Assembly (NCBI GenBank): GCA_965222375.1
Contig: CBDCTZ010000011.1
Span: forward strand, 544,001 to 608,000
Length of the DNA: 64,000 bases
Origin: Polyangiaceae bacterium
GTDB lineage: Bacteria > Myxococcota_A > Polyangia > Polyangiales > Polyangiaceae
Direction: 5' to 3'
Shown piece after piece: positions 28,554 through 37,873 of the stretch. Both the position numbers and the translations under genes were made by a program. Each line of letters starts with the position of its first letter. Position 1 is the stretch's first letter. The notes under the pieces are model-generated. The model saw only the letters and a list, made by a program, of their open reading frames with translations, searched no databases and was not told where the DNA came from.

Positions 28554-29072
28554 TCACTTCTTCTCGAGCACGTACTTGGATAGCTCTTGCCAGTTGGCGA
28601 GCTTGCCGCCGTGCTTCTTGGCGGCCGCTTCTGCCTGGCCCCGCTCCTTGTAGGACAGTACCGCGGGGCCCATGATGCGCTCTCGCTTCACGCCGCCGAC
28701 ATAGCTCGCGCTTTCGGCGGGGATCCAAGGCCTCGGCTTGGTATCAGACTTGGCCGGATCGAAGTCAGCTTCCAGGGCCTCCACGAATATCGAAGTCGCG
28801 CTGCCATGAGGTGAAGGGGCTTGAAGGTACTGCACCATGTCCCCAATGGAGCAGAGGTGCTCCCGGGTCCCGTCCCGATGCACCACCTGACCACGCGGCG
28901 CAGGTTGCTCATGCACCACCATGTTGCAGGCGGCGCACTCGGCCATGCCAATGGGAGCGGCGGAGGCGGAAGCCTTGGCGGCTTCAGACTTGCCCTTGTC
29001 ATCGCAGGCGAGCGCGGGCGCCAGGGCTATCAGAGTCAGGCATCCAACTGCCAAGCCTTGTAGCCGCTTCAT
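28554..29072 (-). CDS. nosL: NosL copper-chaperone lipoprotein
   Basis: Lipobox ALAC; C..C.M, CS..DM, WI.AE.A.YV.G, MG; last gene of the nos cluster. Confidence 0.85.
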   Translation of the reverse strand: MKRLQGLAVGCLTLIALAPALACDDKGKSEAAKASASAAPIGMAECAACNMVVHEQPAPRGQVVHRDGTREHLCSIGDMVQYLQAPSPHGSATSIFVEALEADFDPAKSDTKPRPWIPAESASYVGGVKRERIMGPAVLSYKERGQAEAAAKKHGGKLANWQELSKYVLEKK

Positions 29073-29875
29073 CGCTTCGCCTTTTCATAGCGCAACAAGA
29101 AGCCGCTGAGCACGGGGGGAATGACGATCCACGCTGCCCAGATCCCCGCGCTCAGGGCTCGTGATGGCAGTGGCACGGCCAAGCCCAGGTTCTCCAAGGC
29201 ATCCGGCCCGGCGAAAATGCTCATCATCTCGACGCGATACAGGCCCGCGGGGTTGGCGCTCACGAGGCCGGCAATGGTCTGCTGAGTGACGGCGCCGTCG
29301 CTGACCACCAGCAGCCCCAATAGGCCGAGGTCGTAGAAGAAGACGAATAGAAACCAGAGCGTCACCGCCATGCTGGCCGCCGTGATCTGCCGCTTGGCCA
29401 GGGCGGAAATCAGCACGCCCATAGACAGGAATGCGATTCCGAGCTTGAGGGTTGGCAGGACCAAGGCTGCCAGGACGGGTCGCTCCGCGGATGGCGCAAT
29501 GGCCAAGGCGGCGCCGAGCCCGAGGCCGACCGCGACGCTCAGCGCCAGCGCACGCCCCACGAACTTCGCCAGCACGACCTCCAGCTTGCCCACGGGCAGT
29601 GAAAGCAGCAGCCCCAAGGTGTTGCGCTCGCGTTCGCCAACCACCGCGTCATGGCCGAGCACGAGAGCCACTAGGGGCACGACCAGGCTCACCAAGGTGA
29701 CCAGGCTCGGGCCCGCTAGATGGGCCGCAGCAGCGTCGGCGCTTCTCGAGTACAAGCTGACCGCGGATGCGAGGGAGGCAAACACGAGGCTGATCACCAG
29801 GACCCAGCGGTCCCGGGTGCGTTCCAACAGTTCGTGTAGCACGAGAGCACGACCTACCCGGAGCACTTCAGTCAC
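29069..29875 (-). CDS. nosY: NosY ABC permease
   Basis: DAVVGERE.NTL.LLLSLP, FFYDLGLLG, NPA..YR; multiple TM segments. Confidence 0.9.
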   Translation of the reverse strand: MTEVLRVGRALVLHELLERTRDRWVLVISLVFASLASAVSLYSRSADAAAAHLAGPSLVTLVSLVVPLVALVLGHDAVVGERERNTLGLLLSLPVGKLEVVLAKFVGRALALSVAVGLGLGAALAIAPSAERPVLAALVLPTLKLGIAFLSMGVLISALAKRQITAASMAVTLWFLFVFFYDLGLLGLLVVSDGAVTQQTIAGLVSANPAGLYRVEMMSIFAGPDALENLGLAVPLPSRALSAGIWAAWIVIPPVLSGFLLRYEKAKR

Positions 29876-30776
29876 CCCCCGACAGCAGGTGCTCGTAAAC
29901 GTCGTCGAGACCAGGTTCGACCACCCGCATCGAGCCAACGCCCTCGTCCGCGCTGGCGATCGCCAGCACCGACTTCAACTCGCTCGGCGGCACGGACACC
30001 ACGAGCTCACCGTCGGATTCACTGACGGAGATACCCAAATTGGGATCGCTGAACTGGGACTGCACGCGTTCATGGGCGCCGTTGCTCACTGACAAGTGCA
30101 CGTCCACGGCCAGGGAGGCGTTTTCTCGGATCTTGGTCGGTATGTCGTCGGCGATGGCTTTGCCGTGTTGCAGCACGCACATCCGGTCAATCCGACGCTC
30201 CATCAGGGTGAGTTCGTGGCTGGCAAGAAGTACCAGGCGGCCGGCTTCTCTCCACTCACTCAGAATCGACCAGAGCACTGCCAGCCCTTCCTGATCCAGC
30301 CCGCCCGTGGGCTCGTCCAAGATGAGTAGCTTTGGATCTGCGAGAATGCTCAGGCCCAGTCCAAGGCGTTGGCGCATGCCGCGGGAGTAGCCGCGCACGG
30401 CGCGTCGTGCGGCTTGAGTCAAACCCACGCGCTCGAGTACCTGATCCACGCGCTTCTTCGAGACGCCACGCGCCGAAGCGAAGAAGGACAGGACTTGGCG
30501 GCCGCTGAGGTTCTCCGCGAACGCCACCGCCTCTGGCAGGTAGCCCAGGTGGGTCTTGAAAGCGTTGTCGACGACGCGGTCCTTGTCGTCCACGACCAGC
30601 TTACCGGCGTCGGGGCGCACCAGCCCAAGCAGCACCCGGATCAAGGTGGACTTGCCGGCACCGTTGGGGCCGACCAGCATGACGATTTCACCCTCGCGCA
30701 CGCCCACGCTCACCTCGCTGAGCGCGACGACTCCGCCGAAGCGCACGGAGATCTTTTCGAGGCGGAGGGACTTCAT
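29868..30776 (-). CDS. nosF: NosF ABC ATPase
   Basis: GPNGAGKST, YSRGMRQRLG, LDEPT.GLD; between nosD and nosY. Confidence 0.9.
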   Translation of the reverse strand: MKSLRLEKISVRFGGVVALSEVSVGVREGEIVMLVGPNGAGKSTLIRVLLGLVRPDAGKLVVDDKDRVVDNAFKTHLGYLPEAVAFAENLSGRQVLSFFASARGVSKKRVDQVLERVGLTQAARRAVRGYSRGMRQRLGLGLSILADPKLLILDEPTGGLDQEGLAVLWSILSEWREAGRLVLLASHELTLMERRIDRMCVLQHGKAIADDIPTKIRENASLAVDVHLSVSNGAHERVQSQFSDPNLGISVSESDGELVVSVPPSELKSVLAIASADEGVGSMRVVEPGLDDVYEHLLSGGD

Positions 30777-32003
30777 CTACAGATCCGTGGAAGTCAGCGG
30801 GCGTTTATCCACCACGGTGGGCACGCGTAGCAAGGGGAGGCGTTGCTCTAGATGAGACAGCAGCTCCAGCGCGGGGCTGCGGATCAGCAAGACAGCACTC
30901 GGAAATCGGTGCACGAGGTTGGTCGTGAAGCTGTCCACTCGATAGGGGCGGTCGCCGAAGCCGTCCCCATTCTGATCCCAGCCCGTGTAGTCGCCCCAGA
31001 AATTGCCGGGACCGTCCTGACCGAATACCAAGTCCTCGCTGGACACGTAGACGACTTGGTTGCGATTGCCGATGAAGGCGTTGCGGGTCACCTCGTTGCG
31101 AACGCTGCCACCCCAAATCTTCACGCCCATGTCGTTGTGCCGGAACAGGTTGTGTTCCAGGTGATTGGTGGTGCTGCCGTAGAAGAACAGGCCCACTCCG
31201 TTGTTCGTGGAGCGGTTGTCCTTGACCGTGCAATCCTCCACGTCGCGCAGGAAGAAGCCTGACTCGATGTTGCCCGTGGCGGTGTTGTTCAGGGCCACGA
31301 TGTTTCGGCTCTGCATCAGAGCGAAGCCGGCTTGGTTGTTCGCCGCGTGGTTGCCGCGAACCGTGTTGCGGTGGGAGTACATGTAGTGCACGCCGTAGCG
31401 GGTCTTTTCCACGCGATTGTTCTCGATGGTGCTGTCGTCGGTCGCGGACAGATAGATGCCATCCCGCCCTCCGAACACCTGATTGCCGCGCACCAAGAGC
31501 TTCGAGCCATCGAAGAGTTGAATGGCGTTGCCTCGTTCCGGGCGGTTGCCCTCCATGGAGCCAGTGATCTTGCTGTCTAGGATCTTCGCGCCGAGGGTGG
31601 CGTGCACCCAAATCCCGAACCCGGGGCAGCTGATCTCCAAACGGCGCAAGATGGCGCCGGTTGCCCTCTTCGCCACATAGGCGCAGGCGTCGGGTGCGCC
31701 CAGGTCCTTGCCACTGCCGCGCAGGGACAAATCCTGCACCTGCGCGAAGGCGCCCTCCACCCGCACCACGGTTCCTTTTCCGCCGCCGTCCAGAGTTGCG
31801 CCCGGGCCGTGAAGTTTGACCCGCCGCCGGACGACCACGTTGCCGCGGTGCACGCCCGGAGCCAGCAGCACGTCGTCTCCATCCTGGGCGCGGTCCAGAG
31901 CCGCTTGTACGCTCTGCCCGGGTTGCACCTGCAGCGTGCGCGCGATGGAACTGGCCGGCGTCAAATACAGCAGCGCCGCTACGACGCCTATGCTCGCCCG
32001 CAC
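30777..32003 (-). CDS. nosD: NosD periplasmic maturation protein
   Basis: RGNAIQL, GRDGIY, RYGVHYMYS, GNFW.DY.GWD..GDG.GD.PY beta-helix motifs. Confidence 0.93.
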   Translation of the reverse strand: MRASIGVVAALLYLTPASSIARTLQVQPGQSVQAALDRAQDGDDVLLAPGVHRGNVVVRRRVKLHGPGATLDGGGKGTVVRVEGAFAQVQDLSLRGSGKDLGAPDACAYVAKRATGAILRRLEISCPGFGIWVHATLGAKILDSKITGSMEGNRPERGNAIQLFDGSKLLVRGNQVFGGRDGIYLSATDDSTIENNRVEKTRYGVHYMYSHRNTVRGNHAANNQAGFALMQSRNIVALNNTATGNIESGFFLRDVEDCTVKDNRSTNNGVGLFFYGSTTNHLEHNLFRHNDMGVKIWGGSVRNEVTRNAFIGNRNQVVYVSSEDLVFGQDGPGNFWGDYTGWDQNGDGFGDRPYRVDSFTTNLVHRFPSAVLLIRSPALELLSHLEQRLPLLRVPTVVDKRPLTSTDL

Positions 32004-32015
32004 GCCACCACCCGC

Positions 32016-34115
32016 CTACACTTTCCTGGAATCACGCACGAGAGTCTTCAGCTTCTCTTCCTGCCTGGGCAGTGAGCTTTCCTTGCCGGTGCGTCGCGTC
32101 AACCGCTCAATCGCAATCAAGGGCGGACAGACCTTTTCGTCTCGGTAGTTCGCCTCGCACTCCATGCAGGACAGGCACTCTCTCGGGTCAATCGTGCCGT
32201 TATCGCGAATCGCCCGCGGCTCGCAGCCTCGAGTGCAGATGGTGCATTTCGAGCAGAATGCGCGACGGTGGGGGCCGGAGAGTCGGAAGCTGCCGGGCAG
32301 AGCCAAGGCCGCACCCAGTGGGCATAGGTACCGGCAGAAGGGGCGATACATCACCACCGATATGCCAAGCAGTGCCAACCAGTAGGCGAACAAGCCAATC
32401 GGTCGGGCCCAAGGCTTGACGTAGAAGGTGGACTTGAAGGGCTCTACCTCGGCGAGTTGCTCACCCAGCTGGGGCGACTTCAGGAAGATGCCGATCAGGG
32501 CGACCAGGATCACGTAGCGTAACCAGCGCAAGGGCTTGTGAACGCTGTCGGGCAGTTCGTACTCGGGCAGCTTCAGCTTGCGACCGATCTTGAACAACAG
32601 CTCGTTGAGGGCGCCATAGGGGCAAGCCCAACCGCAGAACACACCGCGGCCCCACACGATTGTCACGAAGGCAATGAAGATCCAAAACACGAACAGCAAG
32701 GGTTCGGAAAGGAACAACCCCAACCGCCACTCACCCACGATGGAATCCACGAAGGTCAGCACCTGGGTCACGGAAGGCTGTACCCGCAGCCAGAGTCCAA
32801 AGCCGAGGAGGGCGACCACCATGGAGACCATGTGCATCGTCTCCAGCCGTTTCATGCGCGCTGTGCTCCAGCGTCGGGTCGCAAAGACGAGCACGATGAG
32901 GAATAGCGCGGCCCCAAGGATGCCCGCCTGGCCCCGGGCACGCCTCCAGGCATTGCGCCAAATCAGGGATTCCGGATCGGGCCCGTCCAGCACGTAGACG
33001 CTCTTGGGCAAGCGATGGTTGGACTTGATCTCCTGGAAGTCACGGGAGAAGGCGCCGCGTCGGTTGTAGCGACTACCCAGGAAGATGAGGGAGTACTCCT
33101 GCCCCGGATCCAGCTTGCCGCCTTTCACACGAAACGCTGCGGACTCTTTGAAGCTCGGCGCACCGGCAGCTTGGGCACCAGACAAGTTCGTGTACACGCT
33201 GTCTGTGAACATCACCGAGCGCATGCCCTGTTCGAGGCGAACGCGGTCGAAGATGCCGCCGCGGACGAAGCCGGACCCCTTGAAGGAGTTGGAGCCGTTG
33301 CCGAAGACGAGCAAGATGTGTTCGCCGGGTTTCAGCTGCTTCATCTGGTAGGCGTACTCGCGTTCGCCCAGCAGCGCTTTGCCGATCTGAGGTGCGTCAC
33401 CGATGGTGAAGTACAGGTCGATGAAGGTTTCCGTGCTGCCGACCAGGCCCATGTCGGCCTCGCTCAGGGTCAGCCGCCCGAAGACCTCCTTGTCGATCAT
33501 CTCCTGCCAGGTCCAAGGGCGCGCTTCCTGCACGAAATGACCCGGCACCAGGGGTTGCAGTTCTATGACTCCTACGGCACCGCCGAGGGCGCGGGCGGAG
33601 TCCATGATCGTTTGGTTCTGCGCCAGCACCGTCACGGTGGCGCCGGAGACGATGTCGACGCTGATGACGTCCTTTTCCTTGGTGGCTCCGACGGTGACGC
33701 GCTGAGTCGCCTTCATGCCCACATAGTTGGCGACGAAGTCATGCAACTTCTTTTCAGGGATCCCGATCAGAATGATGGGCTCGCTGTGGTGCACGACCCG
33801 AGCGCCCGCAATCACACCTTCAGGCGTCAGGCCAACGAGGGTGACCATGGGTTTGCTGGAGTACGCCTTGATGTCGACCACGTCGGTAGACATCACGACC
33901 CAACCCACGGTTTCCCCGGCGTCGTTCTTGCCAAGTTTGTAGGGCGCGTCCGGGACGTCCTCGAACTTGGTGGCGCCGGGCAGTGCCGCCTTGCACGGCA
34001 GCTTGGTGCAATCGAGCTTCTTGGGGGGCTCCTTCGCTGCCAGCGCCGCGACGGACATCACGCACAGCGTGATGAAAATCAACAGCGACACTTGGGCGCG
34101 GAACAACAGCTTCAC
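32016..34115 (-). CDS. nosR: NosR/NirI-family FMN-binding, 4Fe-4S membrane protein
   Basis: SGATVT flavinylation motif, GSGFVRGGIFDR, GRGVFCGWACP.GA, EVEPFK, CRYLCPLGA, two ferredoxin-type Cys clusters. Confidence 0.92.
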   Translation of the reverse strand: MKLLFRAQVSLLIFITLCVMSVAALAAKEPPKKLDCTKLPCKAALPGATKFEDVPDAPYKLGKNDAGETVGWVVMSTDVVDIKAYSSKPMVTLVGLTPEGVIAGARVVHHSEPIILIGIPEKKLHDFVANYVGMKATQRVTVGATKEKDVISVDIVSGATVTVLAQNQTIMDSARALGGAVGVIELQPLVPGHFVQEARPWTWQEMIDKEVFGRLTLSEADMGLVGSTETFIDLYFTIGDAPQIGKALLGEREYAYQMKQLKPGEHILLVFGNGSNSFKGSGFVRGGIFDRVRLEQGMRSVMFTDSVYTNLSGAQAAGAPSFKESAAFRVKGGKLDPGQEYSLIFLGSRYNRRGAFSRDFQEIKSNHRLPKSVYVLDGPDPESLIWRNAWRRARGQAGILGAALFLIVLVFATRRWSTARMKRLETMHMVSMVVALLGFGLWLRVQPSVTQVLTFVDSIVGEWRLGLFLSEPLLFVFWIFIAFVTIVWGRGVFCGWACPYGALNELLFKIGRKLKLPEYELPDSVHKPLRWLRYVILVALIGIFLKSPQLGEQLAEVEPFKSTFYVKPWARPIGLFAYWLALLGISVVMYRPFCRYLCPLGAALALPGSFRLSGPHRRAFCSKCTICTRGCEPRAIRDNGTIDPRECLSCMECEANYRDEKVCPPLIAIERLTRRTGKESSLPRQEEKLKTLVRDSRKV

Positions 34116-34146
34116 TTGGTGGCACTCCTTGGGAGTCGCCCCCTCC

Positions 34147-34196
34147 AAAAAAGCGGCGCGTGGCTCGTCGTTGGCGACGAGCCACGGCCATCGCTC
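34147..34196 (-). terminator. Intrinsic terminator-like hairpin between nosZ and nosR
   Basis: Perfect 12-bp stem CGTGGCTCGTCG/CGACGAGCCACG (34159-34186), followed on the minus strand by a T6 run. Confidence 0.6.
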
Positions 34197-34200
34197 TGCC

Positions 34201-36096
34201 TCACGCTTCGACGATCATGCGTCCGCGCATCTCCAAGTGCAGCGCGTGGCAGAACCAAGGGCAGTAGAACCAGTAGACACCGGCCTTGTCCGCGACGAAG
34301 GAGTGGCTCTGGGTATCCTGCGGGTTCACCAAGAAGTTCACGTCGTGCTTGCCGACGCAGACTCCGTGGCAGAGGTCCTCGACCTTGTCCTGGTTGGTGA
34401 TGACGATCTGGACCGTGTCACCCTTCTTGACCTTGAACTCCTTCATCCCGAAGTTCGGCGCCAGGCTGGTCATGTACACGCGGACGTTCTTGCCTTTGCG
34501 TACGACCTTGTTGTCCTTCATCAGATCAACGCCGTCTTCCTCGGCCCACTTCTTGTAGAGGTCGAAGCGCGCCAGAGTGCGCTTCTGCATCTTCTTGGGG
34601 TGAAACAGGTCCTTCTTGACGATGACCGCGTCGTGGGGCTCGGGATAGGTCGGGCCGTCGTGGACCAGCACCATCTTCTCGCCGGAGATGTCGATCAGCT
34701 GGTCGTTCTCGGCATGCATTGGGCCAACGTTCAGGAAGCGATCCTTGGAGAACTTGCACAGCGCGACCAGCCACTTGCCGTCGGCCTCCTTCGTCTCGCT
34801 CATGCTCGCGTTGATGTGGCCAATTTGATAGTGCACATCGAGCTTCTGAATGATGGGGTCGGGCTTCTCACCCTTGGCGGTGAAGGCCTTGATCGCCTTG
34901 TCGATGTTCCATTTGGTCACGACCGAGTCGAGGAAGATCGAGGTGTAGGCGTTGCCCTTGTTGTCGAAAGCGGTGTGCAAGGGGCCAAGGCCCACTTCGG
35001 GCTCGGCGACGACCGCGTCGCGGGGCTTGACCTTGCCGCCGAAGACATCAGCCAACTTGTCGATGTCCACAACGCTCACCGTCGGGGACAGCTTGCCGGA
35101 CACCACCGCATACTTGCCCTTGGGGTCGATGTTCACGCCGTGGGGGCTCTTGGGCACGGGAATGCGCTGCACGTAGGGTCCGTTGTCGCCGCGGGCGTCG
35201 ATGACGGGCGCTTCCGAATCTCCGATCTTGATGCCTTTGCCCTCGGCGACGGCCTTCTCGATGGCGGGAATGTTGAAGACGTACAGGCAGTCCCGCTCGT
35301 TGGCCATCATGCCTTCGGCGTCGATGGCGCCTTCCAGGTTGTAGGAAGTAGCGAAGGAATAGGTGCCCTTGTAGTCCGTGGCACAGAGGTCCATGTTGCC
35401 CTCGACCATGACCTGCCACTTGACTTCCATCGTCTCGCCGTCGATGGCGGTGTGCATGGCGCCCCACTTCTTGGCGTCCTCCATGTCCTTGCCATCATTG
35501 GCTTGGGGCTGGCGGAACTCGGCGTTGCAGAGCACCAGGCCCGTAGCGTGACGCTGGGGGAAGATCCCGTGAGTACCCTGAGCGTTGGGGATGTCGGTGA
35601 TCTTGTCCACCTCCATCGCCTCGCAGTCCACGCGCGCCAGGCGCGCATGCGCCTTGTCGTTCACGTAGATGTACTTGCCGTCGTAGGTGCCATCTTTGTA
35701 GGACGGGTGAACGTGGTGCGTATCGCCCGAGGCGGTGCCGCCCAAGAGCTCCTTGGAGTAGTCCGTACCGCCCCAGCCGGTGGCCGAATCGCGATTGAAG
35801 ACCGGGATGCGCTTGAGTTCGCGCATCGAGGGAATGCCCAGAACCCGGATCTCGCCCGAGTGCCCGCCACTCCAGAAGCCGTAGTATTCATCGAGCTTGC
35901 CTGGAGCCACGTGGCTCGCAGACGCGTGGCCAGCAGTCTTCGTGCCCGCCGCACTGCCCGACGGCTTTCCGCTGCCACCCGGTGCCGGGGTCTGTCCCTT
36001 GTTCTCGCACCCGGTCAGGACCGCCGCTGCACCTACGGCCAGCGAACCAACCAGGAACTCACGTCGATTGTCGGGCTTGGTTTCATTCTTGGACAT
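34201..36096 (-). CDS. nosZ: Nitrous oxide reductase, Tat-exported (clade I-like)
   Basis: NRREFL Tat motif; YGFWSGGHSG, DTHH, PHG, GPLHT, DVHYQ.GH, EPHD CuZ motifs; CuA CPWFCHALHLEM. Confidence 0.97.
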   Translation of the reverse strand: MSKNETKPDNRREFLVGSLAVGAAAVLTGCENKGQTPAPGGSGKPSGSAAGTKTAGHASASHVAPGKLDEYYGFWSGGHSGEIRVLGIPSMRELKRIPVFNRDSATGWGGTDYSKELLGGTASGDTHHVHPSYKDGTYDGKYIYVNDKAHARLARVDCEAMEVDKITDIPNAQGTHGIFPQRHATGLVLCNAEFRQPQANDGKDMEDAKKWGAMHTAIDGETMEVKWQVMVEGNMDLCATDYKGTYSFATSYNLEGAIDAEGMMANERDCLYVFNIPAIEKAVAEGKGIKIGDSEAPVIDARGDNGPYVQRIPVPKSPHGVNIDPKGKYAVVSGKLSPTVSVVDIDKLADVFGGKVKPRDAVVAEPEVGLGPLHTAFDNKGNAYTSIFLDSVVTKWNIDKAIKAFTAKGEKPDPIIQKLDVHYQIGHINASMSETKEADGKWLVALCKFSKDRFLNVGPMHAENDQLIDISGEKMVLVHDGPTYPEPHDAVIVKKDLFHPKKMQKRTLARFDLYKKWAEEDGVDLMKDNKVVRKGKNVRVYMTSLAPNFGMKEFKVKKGDTVQIVITNQDKVEDLCHGVCVGKHDVNFLVNPQDTQSHSFVADKAGVYWFYCPWFCHALHLEMRGRMIVEA

Positions 36097-36314
36097 CACA
36101 CACCTCAAGAGCTGAATCTTGGCTCCGAAGGTACCCAAAACGGTCGTTCAGCAGGCATGAAACTCCTGCAGATGCGGCGTTTTGTCGCAGGATAATCACG
36201 CAAAATTCGCGCGAATCGACCTCGAGGTCTATTGAGTTGGGCTCTCGTGGTACTAGGCCTGCCGTTGACGGGCCGTGGTAGGGAGTGGCCGCCCTTAGGG
36301 CAAGGAGGACCAAG

Positions 36315-36737
36315 ATGAAGTCGAAGTGGATGCTGGTGATGGGTGCGGTCACGTTGATGACCGCGGTTGGCTGCAGCAAGAAGAAGGAGACCGGCAAGGC
36401 CGCTGGCAGCGCGGCTCCGGCGGTAACCCCTGCCGCAGCTGGGGGTGGCGACTCTCCAGCTGATGCCAAGAAGTACTACCAGCAGAAGTGCGTGGTGTGT
36501 CACGGCGAAGGTGGCAAAGGCGATGGCCCGGGTGCTGCGGCGTTGAATCCCAAGCCGAAAGACCTGTCCGATCCCGCTTGGCAGGGCTCCGTCGACGACG
36601 CGCATATCAAGAAGGTCATCCTGGGTGGCGGCGCGGCCGTTGGCAAAAGCTTGATCATGCCCGCCAACCCTGACCTGAAAGGCAAAGACAAACTGCAGGA
36701 CGAGCTGGTCAAAGTCATTCGCGGCCTCAAGAAGTGA
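36315..36737 (+). CDS. Monoheme cytochrome c lipoprotein
   Basis: AAGGAGG RBS, lipobox AVGC, CVVCH, G.GDGP, distal MPA. Confidence 0.9.
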   Translation: MKSKWMLVMGAVTLMTAVGCSKKKETGKAAGSAAPAVTPAAAGGGDSPADAKKYYQQKCVVCHGEGGKGDGPGAAALNPKPKDLSDPAWQGSVDDAHIKKVILGGGAAVGKSLIMPANPDLKGKDKLQDELVKVIRGLKK

Positions 36738-36754
36738 GGCTTGCGCGCATTAGC

Positions 36755-36900
36755 GCGCAACTCGTTGATTGCTGAGCCGACAAAGTGCCCACCCGACGGG
36801 GGTGGGAACAAATTGTGCGCGTTGTCGTGAGCTGTTGCGCAACTCGCAGGTCGCTGAGACCGACCCAGTGCCCATCCCGATTGGGGTGGGCACATTTTCT
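36755..36900. repeat. Degenerate 82-bp tandem duplication, each copy with a GTGCCCA...TGGG(A/C)AC hairpin
   Basis: GCGCAACTCG...GCTGAG.CCGAC...GTGCCCA at 36755 and 36837; between convergent genes. Confidence 0.6.
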
Positions 36901-36929
36901 GAAGTGGGGGAGTGGCGTTGACGAAGGCC

Positions 36930-37256
36930 CTAGCTACCGTCGTCGGTGTCCGACGCATCCGCGTCACGAGAAGCGGAGTCGCCAGCGTCGTCCGTTTCGC
37001 TGGCATTCGGGCCACCCATGGGCGGCGCTCCCGAGTCGGGCCCGACGTAGGCGATACTGAGACACGGGCCGGCACGGCCGCAGCCCACGGTTTCCGAGAT
37101 ACTCGGCAATCCGCCGCGAAGGGCGCGGCACACTTTCCAGCTCGAATTGCAGCCATTCGTGGCCACCGCGAGGCCTGCCCCGGCCAATGCGGTGGCGACG
37201 AAGCGTTCCCGCCGCCTCAAGATCGCCTTGCGATTGCGTTGATCCGAGTCAGTCAC
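36930..37256 (-). CDS. Small exported lipoprotein-like peptide
   Basis: RKAILRRRERFVATALAG leader, NGC, PCLS motif, acidic tail. Confidence 0.55.
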   Translation of the reverse strand: MTDSDQRNRKAILRRRERFVATALAGAGLAVATNGCNSSWKVCRALRGGLPSISETVGCGRAGPCLSIAYVGPDSGAPPMGGPNASETDDAGDSASRDADASDTDDGS

Positions 37257-37328
37257 GGATTGCAGTGTACGCCAACCGGAGCGTGACGGGTGATCCTGAG
37301 CCGCCACGCCCTGGAGCCGCGCGTGAGC

Positions 37329-37778
37329 TCAGCGACCGAGGCGTTTGTGGATGCCCTGCTGGCGCAGAAACGCCGTGATCGTTTCCGCCAGCGCCGAATT
37401 CAAGTCGTCCTCCCGGAGAAAAAGTACGCCACTGAACCCGTCACCTTCTTGCCGCGAGGTCACCAAGTCCGCTGCCGCAAGGCCGACGTTCGAGATCGGG
37501 CAGATGATGGGAATCTGAGCGTAGGCGGGCTCGGAGCGTAGGCGCTCGATCAAAGTCAGGCCGTGGACGCCGTCGCCGGCCGAATCCCGATGGGCATTGA
37601 ACGGGATCAGCAGCACGTCGAACCGTGCCCGTCGAACTGCGCGCAGGGCCTTGCCATCGGGCGTCCCGGCCGGCGCGAGCACGGCCACTTCCGCGCCTAG
37701 GGTCTCCAGGGCCTCGAAGACCCGGGAGCGAATTCGGCGAGAGTACGGGCGCAGCGCCCCGACGCGTAACGTAGCCAT
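37329..37778 (-). CDS. Degenerate receiver-like protein
   Basis: FDVLLIP...HGLTLIERLR......IPIICP receiver-like pattern; canonical phospho-Asp not evident. Confidence 0.5.
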   Translation of the reverse strand: MATLRVGALRPYSRRIRSRVFEALETLGAEVAVLAPAGTPDGKALRAVRRARFDVLLIPFNAHRDSAGDGVHGLTLIERLRSEPAYAQIPIICPISNVGLAAADLVTSRQEGDGFSGVLFLREDDLNSALAETITAFLRQQGIHKRLGR

Positions 37779-37873
37779 GGCGCGAGTACGTCGAGAATAC
37801 CACTACCTTCCGCAACGTCACTTTGGAGAAAACCGCCTCGGTTGGCAGCAGGCGCGCACCCCCACAATCCAGC

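Noticed and set aside
34201..36096. Clade II (Sec-type) NosZ, as expected for a myxobacterium
   Set aside because: Twin-arginine leader, WFCHALH CuA motif, nosR present and nosB absent
33967..36195. 742-aa plus-strand ORF
   Set aside because: Antisense shadow of nosZ
36097..36314. FNR/DNR box upstream of nosZ
   Set aside because: No TTGAT-N4-ATCAA match found; only short GC palindromes (TTCGCGCGAA, GACCTCGAGGTC) of unclear meaning
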